Shown piece after piece: positions 38,169-50,837 of a stretch of 64,000 bases of DNA (within the stretch, counting starts at the first letter, position 1; each line of letters begins with the position of its first letter). The notes below the pieces were generated by a model. That model had not been told where the DNA came from. It saw nothing but the letters and a program-made list of their open reading frames with translations, and did not search any database. Both the position numbers and the translations under genes were made by a program. This DNA is from Octopus vulgaris. Taxonomy: Eukaryota. The stretch is taken from positions 80,600,001 to 80,664,000 of the forward strand of contig OX597831.1 of the NCBI GenBank assembly GCA_951406725.2, given 5' to 3'.

Positions 38169-39256
38169 ACATTTAATTTGTGTTGCTTTATGCATCTGAG
38201 GAAAGGCATGAATGCCATTCAGTTGTTAACTCTGCAAAGTAACGACATATAATCTACGTAATTTGTGTGTTGGCATAACAGGCCCCAATATTATTTTATT
38301 ATCGTTGTTTTTGTTGTTACCGATCAGAGGTGTTCCGGCCATGACCATCTCGTGGAAGCAGATTATATTTTAGACCTACATTATACAGCGAGTCCTTCTG
38401 CTTTGAGGACAGTCTAGTGTGTATGATCTGACGGAAATTTTAGGCGCAGGCGTAGCTTTGTGGTAAGCAGCTTGCTTCCCAACCACATGGTTCCGGGTTC
38501 AGTCCCATTGCATGGCATCTTGGACAAGTGTCTTCTACTATAGCCTCGGGCTAACCAACGCCTTGTGAGTGGATTTAGTAGACGGAAACTGAAAGAGGCC
38601 CGTCATATGTGTGTGTGTGTGTGTCCCTACCACTTGACAACTATTGTTGGTGTTTTTATGTCCCAGTGACGTAAACACACGTCAAAATGGATCGATAGAA
38701 TAAGTACCAGGCTTAGGGGAAAAAAAAAACGCACTGGAGTCGACTCATTTGACCCAAATTCTTCACGGCGGTGCTCCAGCATGACCACAATCTAATGGCT
38801 GAAACAAGAAAAATATTACAAGATACTCTTTGTTGCTAGCGCCATCTGCTGTTTCTGAATGCCTGTCCAGCCTAGCAATGACCACAATTATGCATCTCAT
38901 CACAATGTTTATGGGACTAGCGAGTAGCCCTTTACATGGTCAGTCGACATCCAAGGATGTCCATTGACCATGTAAAGTGTGTTTCTTTCACACTTCAGTC
39001 CCATCGCCTTAAAAAACGGAATAATCTATTCAATAACTGTCCTTGGGTTTTGCATTGACCTTTCAGTTACCTCTTCTTCCGGTTCCTGATTTGTTTAAAA
39101 TTTGAAGTTTAGTTCCATCTTCTCCGCCCACTATTCTTAATGAGCGGGGGGCGTGGAGGCAGTGTCTTCAGTCATTTCCTTCATAGGGCCCATCGCAAGA
39201 TTTTGTGGTGGGATTCCTAAGTGTGACCAACTGAAACCATACATGTTAGTCAACCA

Positions 39257-39367
39257 TCTGCTGGGTGACTCCTAAGGTCTCCTGCTGGGTGACTCCTCAG
39301 GTCTCCTGCTGGTTGACTCCTAAGGTCACCTGCTGGTTGACTCCTAAGGTCTCCTGCTGGGTGACTC
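39257..39367. repeat. 24-bp tandem repeat (~4.5 copies)
   Basis: Unit cctgctgggtgactcctaaggtct. Confidence 0.9.
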
Positions 39368-39555
39368 AGTTTGAAGAACCTGATTTTTTTTCCTGCGACA
39401 ATGTCCGTAGTACCTGAGCTGTCGATGCGGAGAGTAGTTGTTCGACTTGGCGAGTTTCCCTGACCCCCGAGCTCCATAATTGTCGAGTAACTTTACTCCT
39501 GAAATCTCTGTGTTGTTTATTTATTTTTCTCTTCTTTCATTTTTTTTTTACGTTA

Positions 39556-39948
39556 CTAGCAGTATCGCCCGGCGTTGCTTGGGTTTGTTTCGACCCTTTA
39601 AAATTAAAATTTTTGAAAAGTAAAAATTTTGCATTATGTAGCTTGTTATTCTCTTTAAGTGAACATTTTTCTGGTTGAAATACACCGAAAAATGGCGACA
39701 CAGCAGTAAAAAAATCGTAAAAAATAGGGATTTTCATAGAAAAAAAAGCACCTTTTTGATGTAAATAATTTTTGGTGTTAATATGGTCCGATTTGAATTT
39801 TTTCTTCTACGGAAGGCAGAGCAAGCCTTCTTATATCATACTCTCACTTTTGGTCAACTTGCGCCGCAGGGTCTCGGGGGAGATAGTGTTAGTTGAAGGC
39901 TACCAAACCTGCCATACACAGACAACTTCAGCTTTATAGAGAGAGAGA
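39556..39948 (-). mobile_element. Non-autonomous Helitron
   Basis: Minus strand starts TC after A and ends CTAG before T. The imperfect hairpin cccaagcaacgccggg lies ~12 nt before the 3' end. No TSD. Confidence 0.75.
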
Positions 39949-40519
39949 TTGTCCTTGAACAGAATCATCCTGCAACTTGTATGATTTAACCGCGTTCTCT
40001 TCAATGAGAATCTGGCTGGGCCGACGGCTCGCGTTGGTCGACCACATGCCACACAGTTATGGCAAATGAGCTGTCTCGCCCAGATCGCAACGAACTGGGC
40101 TTCTGCTCAAATGGTCACTCGCGAAGACACGCAAAATATATACATCGACCGATGGGGAATGCAGCAACATGTTGCAACAGCGTATGTCCCCTCCACACAC
40201 ACACACACATGAACCTGAGTGTCCTGGGTTATTTGTGTCTTTCGTTTTATGTATTTCCCCCCTTCCCCTCATACCTTGTCCTTTCTTTTTACCGTTCAGT
40301 CTGAGCTTCGCCTTTCTTGTTATTTCGGTTGTCTTATTTTCTTCTGTTTGTGTTCGTCTATCATGTCCGCAGCATCTTTTGCTGATGACATTGCCAAATT
40401 GAACAATATTATTGGAAGGTGTCGAAACTGTGATATTTGGTAGGCAACTGATGAGGGGCTGAGCATGTCCGCATCCATTGTGTGTGTTTGTTCCTGTTTT
40501 CCGTATGGTCCAAGTGCCA

Positions 40520-41015
40520 TATTATTATTATTGAGTGAAAGGGCAGTGCATGCCATCAAAGTGACACAGGGGTAAAACATACGAAGCCCAGTATAGCCAT
40601 CATGACTACCCGTCTGATAAGGGTACACTAGGCACATGCATCACAACCATATGTGCGCGACATGGTGATCTCATATCAAGATAAACAGCGCACGACCTTG
40701 CAGGTGGGGTCCAGTTAGAATTTTCTTCAGGTCGAGTAGCTCATCCTGCTCAAAAGGTCCCTGAATAAGGGCTGTTTAAGGTTGATAAACAAAACACTCA
40801 TGTTTCCAAAGGTGAATTATCAAAATCCCAAAGAATTCCTCTCAACACATGGCTATGATGCTTGTCAAACAACTGACAAAGCAAATCTGTGGTATTGAGA
40901 AGAATATTTGCTGTAGGCCATCTTTTATACCAAGACAAAACAATGTACATGATAATACTTCCAATAAGTTAAGATCAGAAGCCATGAGAACCACTGCCTG
41001 GTACTGCATCAGGGC

Positions 41016-41082
<67 letters not shown>
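40520..41082. mobile_element. Unclassified insertion bounded by (TAT)n
   Basis: ~490 bp of complex sequence with (TAT)n on both sides. Only one copy in this window. Confidence 0.4.
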
Positions 41083-41084
<2 letters not shown>

Positions 41085-41411
41085 TATCCACTGTTTGGCT
41101 GGTGGGGAGAATACTGCTAGAAGAAAACACCACTGCTTGCTTGTCATAGAAATGCGGCAGGGTCTCGTGTAGTTAATTAATGGAGTGATGTTGAAAAAAA
41201 TGTTTAATTAACTGAGATAATCTATGTTAATTAGTAGAATCTTGACATTAAGAAATGTCTCCTTGGCTGTTTTTGTGAATTACAATTGTTGAAATGTTGG
41301 TGGAAATGCCGCCAGCTTTATGACAAGATTAAATATGGTGGATTGGTAATTAACTGTGCAAAGAATTTGGTAATTATATATAATGTGTATGTATGTATTT
41401 ATCTCTCTCTT

Positions 41412-41450
<39 letters not shown>

Positions 41451-41477
41451 GTGTATGTGTGTGTGTATATATATATA

Positions 41478-41637
41478 TAAAATACAAAATGGGACAAGAA
41501 CGCAAAACATCCAGACAGGTGATAGAAAAAAGGGACAACAAAACATCCAGATAGACGATATAAAGAAGACAAGGATGGGTCATTCGGAGTTTTCTTTCTT
41601 CAGTCGAGTTCCATATTATCTTTGCAATTTCGGCTGA
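41478..41637 (-). mobile_element. TA-anchored repeat, second copy at 49420-49743 (+)
   Basis: Shared cagcc(g/a)aaattgc...gactgaaga...cgaatgacccatcc...tttgcgttcttgt.ccattttgtat ending in (TA)n. Confidence 0.7.
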
Positions 41638-41744
41638 GGGCAAAAATTATTAAATCAATAGTTTATGCCAGTGGTTAGCATGCATAATGAAATTGAGAAA
41701 ACAAGCATTTTTATATATAAAAGTGTATAAGGATTCTTATACGC

Positions 41745-41791
<47 letters not shown>

Positions 41792-41984
41792 CTATTTGAG
41801 AGAGAGAGAGAGAGAAGAAGAAATTATGATAAACACAAGTTTATATCCGTTTTTCCCTACGTACTTTTCAAACTTTGTGGTTGTTAGGAAACTCTGAACT
41901 GAATGTTCTAAGCGAAGTTGGATACATAACCAAAACAGGTCAGGGGGGGGGGGCTTATTGTATTATGTTACACAGACACACGCA

Positions 41985-42018
<34 letters not shown>

Positions 42019-44386
42019 GCAGACACACTTTTTTAATTGTTTCAGTCATTTAACTGTGGCCATGCTGGAGCACCGCCTTTTAGTCGAGCAAATCGACCCT
42101 AGGACTTATTCTTTGTAAGCCTAGTACTTATTCTATCGGTCTCTTTCGCCGAACCGCTAAGTTACGGGGACGTAAACACACTAGCATCGGTTGTCAAGTG
42201 ATGTTGGGGGGACAAACACAGACACAAACATATACGCACATATATATATATATATATATACGACAGGCTTCTTTCAGTTTCTGTCTACCAAATCCACTCA
42301 CAAGGCTTTGGTTGGCCCGAGGCTATAGTAGAAGACACTTTCCCAAGGTGCCACGCAGTGTGATTGAACCCGGAACCATGTGGTGTGTGTGTATCTGTTG
42401 TTTCACTTGAAGCGATAAATTATAGGACTCAATACATATGTAATCTTTAATACATTATATCCGAAAGGCTCTGGTTTCCACTTCTCCAAGTTGCTCGTTT
42501 CTGATTTTGAGCTGGTTAAAAGACAAAAACCAAGCCTGGTTTTCTTTTCAATATCATGACTTCGATTGTATTGAGTTTATGACGTTTATAATAATTACTG
42601 CCACGATAACCACGAAATGAAGTAAGAAAGCTTGAGCTTGAAGCAGTCGTTGGCACATGTGTCGTTCACAAAAGTTTTTAACCGAAAGACCAGTAAAGAT
42701 AGGCATTTCGTTCAAACTTCCATTTCGTATTTGAAGAAACTATTCAGACGCAGGAGTGGCTGTATGGTAAGTAGCTTGATTACCAACCACATGGTTCCGG
42801 GTTCTGTCCCACTGCGTGGCACCTTGGGCAAGTGCCTTCTACTATAGCCTTGGGCCGACCAAAGGCTTCTGAATGGATTTGGTAGACGGAAACTGAAAGA
42901 AGCCCGTCGTATATATGTATGTGTGTGTATATGTTTGTGTGTCTGTGTTTGTCCCCCAGCATCGCTTGACAACCGATGCTGGTGTGTTTACGTCCTCGTA
43001 ACTTAGCGGTTCGGCAAACGAGACCGATAGAACAAGTAGTAGGCTTACAAAGAATAAGTCCTGGGGTCGATTTGATTCGACTGAAGGCGGTGCTCCAACA
43101 TGGCCGCAGTCAAATTGACTGGAACCAGTAAAAGAGACAATGGATATGCCAAAGAAAACCAAGTTCAGTTTATCAGCTGAGGACTGGAAATGGGCCACGA
43201 TGAGTGCTAGAAATCAGAGCCTTCCACTTATAATGTATACAATGTTTGTGTGTGTGTAACGAAAGACAAAAGAAGGACATCCTAGTACGAAGCAAACGTG
43301 CCCCCCACCACCACCACCACCATGCACAGGTACTAATAAAGGATTATTGAACAGTGCATTGTTTAGATTTTCCACAGCTACTAATTGCCTTGTTAATCTC
43401 ACTTAATCGATGTTACTCAACTCACTCTATGAAACATGTGAGACCTTGCTGTGTATGAGTGGAGGCGCGTGGCTTAGTGGTTAGGGTGTTGAACTCATGA
43501 TCGTAAGGTTGTGGTTTCGATTCCTGGACCGGGCTTGGGTTCTTGAGCAAAACACTTCATTTTCACGTTGCTCCAGTCCACTCAGCTGGCAAATATGAGT
43601 TAATCCTGGGATGAACCGGCGTCCCATCCAGGTGGGGAATTTCTACGCCACTGAAACCGGGAAACCGGCCCTTATGAGCCTGGCATGAGTCGAAAAGGAA
43701 CATTTATTATATATTACTTGCTGTATCTTAGGGTTATTATAATAAGATGCTGGGAAAAGATAAACGTAGGCGCAGGCGTATCTTTGTGGCAAGAAGTTTG
43801 CTTCGTAGCTACATGGTTCCAGGTTCAGTCCCACTGCGTGGCATCTTGGGGAAAGTGTTTTCTACTATAGCCTCGAGCTGACCGAAGCCTTGTGCGTGGA
43901 TTTGGTAGCCGGAAACTGAAAGATGCCTGTCGTGTGTATGTGTATACACACACACACAATCAAAGATGCAAAAAACGACGTACTCAGAGGGAATTCAAAG
44001 GTGTAGCGTAATCCATTGTAGGGAAATCCAACAATTAGGTACTCCAAATCACCGTCGGAATGGCGTAGAAGATTCGTGTGAGCGCGATAAAAGGCAAATC
44101 GAAAGTAAAAAAGAATAAAAATCAATAAGAATTACACAATGAATATAATAGGTTGGTGCTCAGTTTAAGATGGAAGCGTGTGTGGTTACAATCAATTGCA
44201 TGCTTTTGTTGGACCATGTTTTCCTTCTCTCCGGGCATTTCCTTTTTCTTACGAAGAGCCCTGCTCGAAACGTTATACACCCACTCTTTTTGCCGTCCTA
44301 AACTGAGCGTCAACCTGATATATTCATCGTGCAAGTCCTATTGACTTTTATTTTGTTTTCGTTTTGCCCATGTAGACGTGTGTGTG

Positions 44387-44422
<36 letters not shown>

Positions 44423-44425
<3 letters not shown>

Positions 44426-44604
44426 AGAATTCACGAAAAAGACAAAGACAGGTGGTGTAGAAAACAAACAGGTGTATTAGTATAACGCTCGGGAACTGAA
44501 AAAAGTCTTTTACGTTTCGAGCCTACGCTCTTCTACAGAAAGATACACAGAAAGAAACAAGGAGAGAAAAAATGTGTTTAGTGCCTAGCGATCTATCATG
44601 GCGA

Positions 44605-44608
<4 letters not shown>
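44423..44608 (-). mobile_element. HHR mini-element family H3 in (TA)n
   Basis: HHR-like motif at 44506-44543 (-): tcttt CTGTAGA a GAGC gtag GCTC GAAA cg TA aaaga. Relatives at 4775-4960, 50541-50690 and 44190-44370(+). Confidence 0.7.
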
Positions 44609-44644
<36 letters not shown>

Positions 44645-44685
44645 TTATATTGATCAAAATAAAAACATGATGCCAAGGATCCCGA

Positions 44686-44726
<41 letters not shown>

Positions 44727-44728
<2 letters not shown>

Positions 44729-45002
44729 GGAGTAAACACATAAATGTGAAACAAGGTGGAAAAAAGAGTACTCAAATACCAGTGGTAGAGTAATATGCTT
44801 TATTTAAAGCAGCAGAAAATTCAACAAAATCTGTTACTCTGAGTTTCTCGTTGCCTTTCATCAGACAGTTTTTGCTAGAATGGAACCGATATATCAATTC
44901 AATCTAGACTCTTACAAACGCTACAGCAAAAACTGTCTGATGAACGGCAACGAGAAACTCAGAGTAACAGATTTTGTTGAATTTTCTGCTGCTTTAAATA
45001 AA

Positions 45003-45003
<1 letters not shown>
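44727..45003. mobile_element. HHR mini-element family H1, inverted arms with ~48-bp spacer
   Basis: Opposite orientation to 22065-22293. HHR motifs at 44831-44868(-) and 44933-44970(+). (TA)n on both sides. Confidence 0.9.
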
Positions 45004-45053
<50 letters not shown>

Positions 45054-45282
45054 TATAATTTAAAACCTCTAAGGGATGGTTAAAACCAAAGGTGCTCCTG
45101 CCGATTACCTGCGTATGTACAGTCCTTGGTAACAGATATACGGTGGCAGGTAATTCAGCAGGTAAACCGTAGTTTAAATTATATGCAAGAAGAGAATGGA
45201 GGAAAAATAGCAGGAAATTGTTCGTTTGCGCTGGTAAGCCAACGACCAACTTCTTCCTCTTATTTTACCTCCATTTTCTTCT

Positions 45283-45319
<37 letters not shown>

Positions 45320-45690
45320 AGTTTGAATTTACAAAAACACAAAAGACGAGGACAGGTGTGTAAACAACAGGTGTGTTAGATTTACAATCCAATAATTTAT
45401 TTATATTACAATATTACATCAAATACTATATAAGACGAAACAATTTGTTGGCCTTTTATGGATTTTATAATTGTTTATATAATATAATGTTATGTTATAT
45501 ATAATATATTCATAATATTTAATGTAATATTGTAATATAAATAAATTATTGAATGTCAGTATATCTCAATATTTAATTTATCTTTATTATTGAATTATAC
45601 CAATTTATATGGTATCCAACTGAAGTACCAGTGAATTGGATGTTCAACACATCCCTTTCAAGGATTTCTTCTCAGTTTGTTACTTATATA

Positions 45691-45797
<107 letters not shown>

Positions 45798-45857
45798 TTT
45801 CGTAATGAGATAAAAAAACCAAGGCTGTGTAGATATTAGAACATTTATAGATAGAAG

Positions 45858-45909
45858 GTCTTACAGCTGTTTCCAGGATATTTATTAATAATATCCCTTC
45901 ATCGGAGAC
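45858..45909 (-). ncRNA. Type I hammerhead-like motif (H4, CCGAUGA core)
   Basis: gtct CCGATGA ag ggatatt attaata aatatcc tg GAAA cagctg TA agac, inside a ~45796-46160 segment bounded by microsatellites. Confidence 0.65.
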
Positions 45910-46172
45910 GGTGTGAGAGAATGGTTAAGAAATAGTTAATTTAGATAAGATATAGAATAGATAGTGAGGTGGAGGAAATAAAAGATGTGAGATATGTAGG
46001 GATATTTCATTTGTAGATCCATTTTTTAAGGGCAGAATGGTATACATATAAAATTCCAATGTCTTGTGAGTAAAATCCAATAGTATTTAAAATTGGTCAT
46101 TCCAACTATACAGTTTATACACAGTGTTATAGAATCAAGGGTTTTATTTAATGTCAATATATATATATATAT

Positions 46173-46400
46173 ATGATGTACGTTAAAAAAAAGTATCGGA
46201 CTTTATTTTTTCCCGCCAAAATTAATACCTCTTGGGCAAAAGCCTTTGGATGGGAGGTGATGCTACCCTTCCTGCACACGTATAAAGATTTTCGTGCCGG
46301 TAGACTGCGTCAGTTCCCAGCTGTTAGGGCTACAGTACAGACGTATAGTGTGCGCTCGTTGGGGTTTTGGTCTTCACGCAAGATGACCGAACGTTGTTGT
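46173..46400 (+). mobile_element. Probable 5' end of a mariner-like element truncated by SINE B
   Basis: Starts after (TA)n with tgatgtacgttaaaaaaaagtatcggact (TIR-like) and reaches ATGACCGAACGT (MTER) before the SINE. Confidence 0.4.
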
Positions 46401-47109
46401 CTCATCACCGTATTTCGTCTGCCGCTACGTTCTGAGTTCAAATTCCGCCGAGGTCGACTTTGCCTTTCATCCTTACGGGGTCGATAAATTAAGTGCCAGT
46501 TACGCACTGGGGTCGATGTAATCACCTTAATCCCTTTGTCTGTCCTTGTTTGTCCCCTTGTGGGTAGTAAAGAAATAGGTATCATGAGAGCGTCCCATCT
46601 GTAGGCTATTTCCTTTAAGCAATGCTTCTCAGCTTTTTCGTTAACGTATGGACCTATTTGATCCCTACTTTATTCAGGAGAGAGGGACCCTCCAACGATA
46701 GGTTCATGATCAAATATTATTAGGAATTGTATGAAAAATTGTTTAAATATTTTGTGTGTTATGGAAAGAAATGTAACCAGTTTGATTCACTTCAACATTT
46801 AAATTTGTCAAAATATTGTCGTCGCTTTCAGACCGCGACCTCTTCACTGACAAAAATCCGTGCTGCATCTCTGACAGTAAACAGGTCGCGGTCTCAAAGC
46901 GACGAAAATATTTTGTCGCAAATTAAATTTAAATGTTGAAGTGAATCGAACGGTTTTTGTGTGTTTCTTTAAACGGCTTATAAACACCTTCCACGCTGCA
47001 ATTGTTTTCGTTCCAGCACACGATCTCAGATCAAGTCACTTGCTATGCAAGTACATCTCCGTATAACCAGTTCATTGCAGATGAATTTTCACAGTAAAAT
47101 CTTATAAGG

Positions 47110-47420
47110 ACTCAGTTTGCGGACTTCTGGCCCAGTGGATCATCGTGATCCTCGCGGAAGAGCTCGGTCAATTGCCCGTCATTGATCTAAACAAGTTGGC
47201 CGGAATGCAGAGCGTTTGTGAAGTCGATTTCCCCTCCTTGGAGCGTGGAAAACCATCTTTGTACAGTTCTTTCTGTAATAGTGCCTCCTCCCCGTTCACA
47301 GTACAAACATCTCGGGTGGTTTTGGCAGCTTCGGTATCTTGATTGAAAAGCAAAGAGAAGCAGGTGTCGAAAAAGTTCATTCTTTTTTTTGTTTGTTTTT
47401 GACACTCCATCGTCATATGC
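47110..47420 (-). pseudogene. Mariner transposase N-terminal fragment
   Basis: FRHLLLFAF...AAKTTRDVCTVNG...ITERTVQRWF....GEIDFTNALHSGQ across frameshifts. Confidence 0.8.
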
Positions 47421-49738
47421 CTCGAAAAAGGGTAAAATTTATTCAAATTTCAGAAACGATAAACAGAAGTTGTAAAGGAAGAATAAAACTACCCCACTCC
47501 ACAAAAAAAACAACAACCACCCGTAAGACACCACAATAAAAGTATTTTCCCCTAAGGTTAATTTAAGAACGTTTCTGTTAAATTTCTAACATACCTGTTG
47601 ATGTTATGTAACAAACTGCGTTGTGTAACCACAAGGGTTTCTTTTTATAGAAAGGGGGAAAATGAGATCAGGGTGGTGAATTGTTAAAAGGGGTGATTGC
47701 AGAAAAATTGTTATTAATAAATTGTTCACATTCTTGGAGATATCATTTACCGGGTAGGTTAGGTGAATTTGTACACTTGAATATCTTTCTTTACCACCAC
47801 CACCCCTCGCACTCTTCTTTCTCTCCTCTCCGCCTCTTTCTTTCTTTATAAGGGTAGATGTACTCAGGGTGGTGAATGAATTAGGAAAGGGGTGATTTGC
47901 AAGAGAAATGGTTATGAATCGCTTATTTCACATCCAAGGAGATTATTGCGCGCCGGGTAGATTTAGCAGATCGTACATTCGAGTCTCTCTCTCTCTCGCC
48001 TCTTCCTTTCACTACCACACACACTCTCACCGTACCCTTGTTTTCCCTGTCTCCCCTTTCCTCTCCTTCTCTCTTTGTCTCTTTCAAACACACACACACA
48101 CACTCACACATCCTTTTCCTTTTCCGAAAACTCCCAACTTTTCGAGATTCTTATCATTCTTAAGAACTATCACACTTAACGCCAACCGAAAGAGTGCCAA
48201 TAATTAACAAACAGCTAAGAAGCATGAATAAAAGTACGAATGGTAGTAGAGGTGATGGTGGTGGTGGTCGTGGTGGTGGTTAATGTTGCAGCTTTTCTTG
48301 GCGGTGTATCCAGGGACAATATTTTAAAAAAGAAATATTCACATCAAACTCTTGATGACTGCTAATATCGGTTTCAATTTTTGGCACAAGGCCAGCAATT
48401 TCGGAGGCGGGGTTAAGTCGATTACATCGATCCCCAGTACAACTCCGAAAGGATGAAAGGCAAAGGCGACCTCTGCGGAATTTGAACTCAGAACGTAAAG
48501 ACAGACGAAATACCGCTAAGCGTTTCATCCGATCTGCTAACGTTTCTGCCAGCTCGCTGCCTTAATATGAACCCAATATTCTTTTCTACGCTATGCACAA
48601 GGCCCGAAATATTTGGAGGGGTCCAGTCGATTAGGTCGACCCCAGTTCGCAACTGGTACTTAATTTATCGACCCCGAAAGGATGAAAGGCAAAGTCGACC
48701 TCGGCGGAATTTGAACTCAGAACGTAACGACAGACGACATTACCGCTAGGCATTTCATCCGATCTGCTAACGTTTCTGCCAGCTTGCCGCCTTAAAAATA
48801 ATCGCAAATATTACAAAATCCATTAGGGTACCTGGTTTTCTCCCTCTTTCCAAAGAACAGACCCAACGTTTCCTCCGTTTGTCGCAAAAAACAAAAACAA
48901 AACAAAACAAAAAAAAAAGGCGACTAAAAGAGTTTGGGGTAGGATTCTCCACTCCCAAACTCGACAAAATCCGCACCAGCAAAGACAACCAACTCCAAAT
49001 AGACCCCATGGTGTGGGTGTGATTGCTCTTTAGGGGCTGGTCTGGCGTTAAACCTGAGTAGTGCAAAGGTATCATCTGCCAAGAACAGTAGGCAATCACC
49101 AACAAATGGTACTATTCTTCATGTTTAGTAGTAGTAGTAATAGTAGTGGTGGTGGTGGTGGTCATAGTCGTGATGGTAGTAGCAGTGATCGTTGTGGTGC
49201 TATTTTTCATATTTAGTAGTAGTAGTAGTAGTAGTAGTGTTGGCGATGGTGGTTGTATTCTTCATACTTGCCGGCAGTAACAGTTATAAATATATATATA
49301 TATATATATATAATATGACCACGGTCACTGCCACATCGATATTCTTGCCTTTGTCGTAAGGCTTCATTTCCACACACGCCAGCTGAATTCAATTCGTCCC
49401 CAGTCGAAAGACGCCTGTTGTTATGTGCTGTTGTTATTATTATTTTTTTTTGTATTTTTGTATTTATATTCATGTAACATCGTCTGTTTTTCTGTCCTTG
49501 TTTTCGTATACATTCGATGCTTTTTTCCAAGGAATCTAATGCTCTTAGCTTAGTTTTTCCTTGGGGCTGGCCAGATTGGAGCAATCTCAAGATTAATCAG
49601 CCAAAATTGCGAGGATGATCCGTTTCTTGACTGAAGATAAAAGGCTTCGAATGACCCATCCTTCTTTTTTTGTATCGTCTATCTGGATGTTTTGTATCAC
49701 CTAGTTGTCCGAATGTTTTGCGTTCTTGTTCCATTTTG

Positions 49739-49779
<41 letters not shown>

Positions 49780-50493
49780 GCCTGGTTATCATCCCAAAAC
49801 AACCGATAATACCAGGCACATCACTAAAGATGTGTCCAGATGCATCAGTCATTGATGTAGGCACACAACTGGAGTAGTAGTGTTGGCGATGGTAGTAGTA
49901 ATGGTGGTTGTGGCGGTAGTATTTTTGATACTTGCTAGCAGTAACAGTCGTAGCGATAGTAGTAGCAGCAGTATAGGCGGTGGTTGTTGTGGTAGCGATG
50001 ATAGTACTTTTATATTATTTAGTAAGTGTTACGGCGGCGAGCTGGCCGAATCGCCAGCACGCCGAGTAAAATATTTAACGAGCATTTCGTCCGTCGTTAC
50101 GTTCTGAGTTCAAATTCCGCCGACGTCGACTTTGCCTTTCATCATTTCGGGGTCGATAAAATGAGTACCAGTTGCATACTGGAGGATCGATGTAACCGAC
50201 TTACCCTCAGCTCCGAAATTACTGGCCTTTTAACAAAATTTGAAGCTAGTATTTAGTTACAGTAGCAGTTTTGTATGCGCCACTTAAACTGGGAAACCGG
50301 CCTTAACCTATGGCTCGGGAAGGGCCTTTGATACCCAGGTATAGACGTGGGTGTGTGGTAAGATGTTTATTTCCCAACTACATAGTCCTAGGTTCAGTCC
50401 CGCTGTCTGGCACCTTGGATAAGTGTCTTCTACTACAGCCTCGAGCTGACCAAAGCTTTCTGAGTAGGTTTGAGAGATGGAAACTGAAAGAAG

Positions 50494-50535
<42 letters not shown>

Positions 50536-50688
50536 GTGTATAGTTGAAATTTATAGAAAAACTAAAGACGAAGACAAGTGTATGAACAAGTAGGTATATT
50601 AGTTTGACGCTCGGGAAAAGTGAAAAAGTCGTTGACATTTCGAGCTTACGCTCCTCAACAGAAAGGAATAAAAGAAAATAAACAGAGA

Positions 50689-50720
<32 letters not shown>

Positions 50721-50765
50721 GAAAAAGATAGCAAAAGAAAAAAATGATTGTTATGAACTGCATTA

Positions 50766-50837
50766 GCTTACAGTTGTTTCTGCTGTAAGATGCAGTGCAC
50801 TCTAAGTTGAGTGCCTGAATAAGAGCTTCATCGGAGC
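50766..50837 (-). ncRNA. Type I hammerhead-like motif (H4-like) abutting a 21-bp perfect hairpin
   Basis: gct CCGATGA a gct...agc a GAAA caactg TA agc; hairpin at 50835-50881. Confidence 0.5.

Noticed and set aside
47640-47980. Degenerate direct duplication (cagggtggtgaa...aaaggggtgatt)
   Set aside because: Old local duplication with no coding or structural signal I can support.
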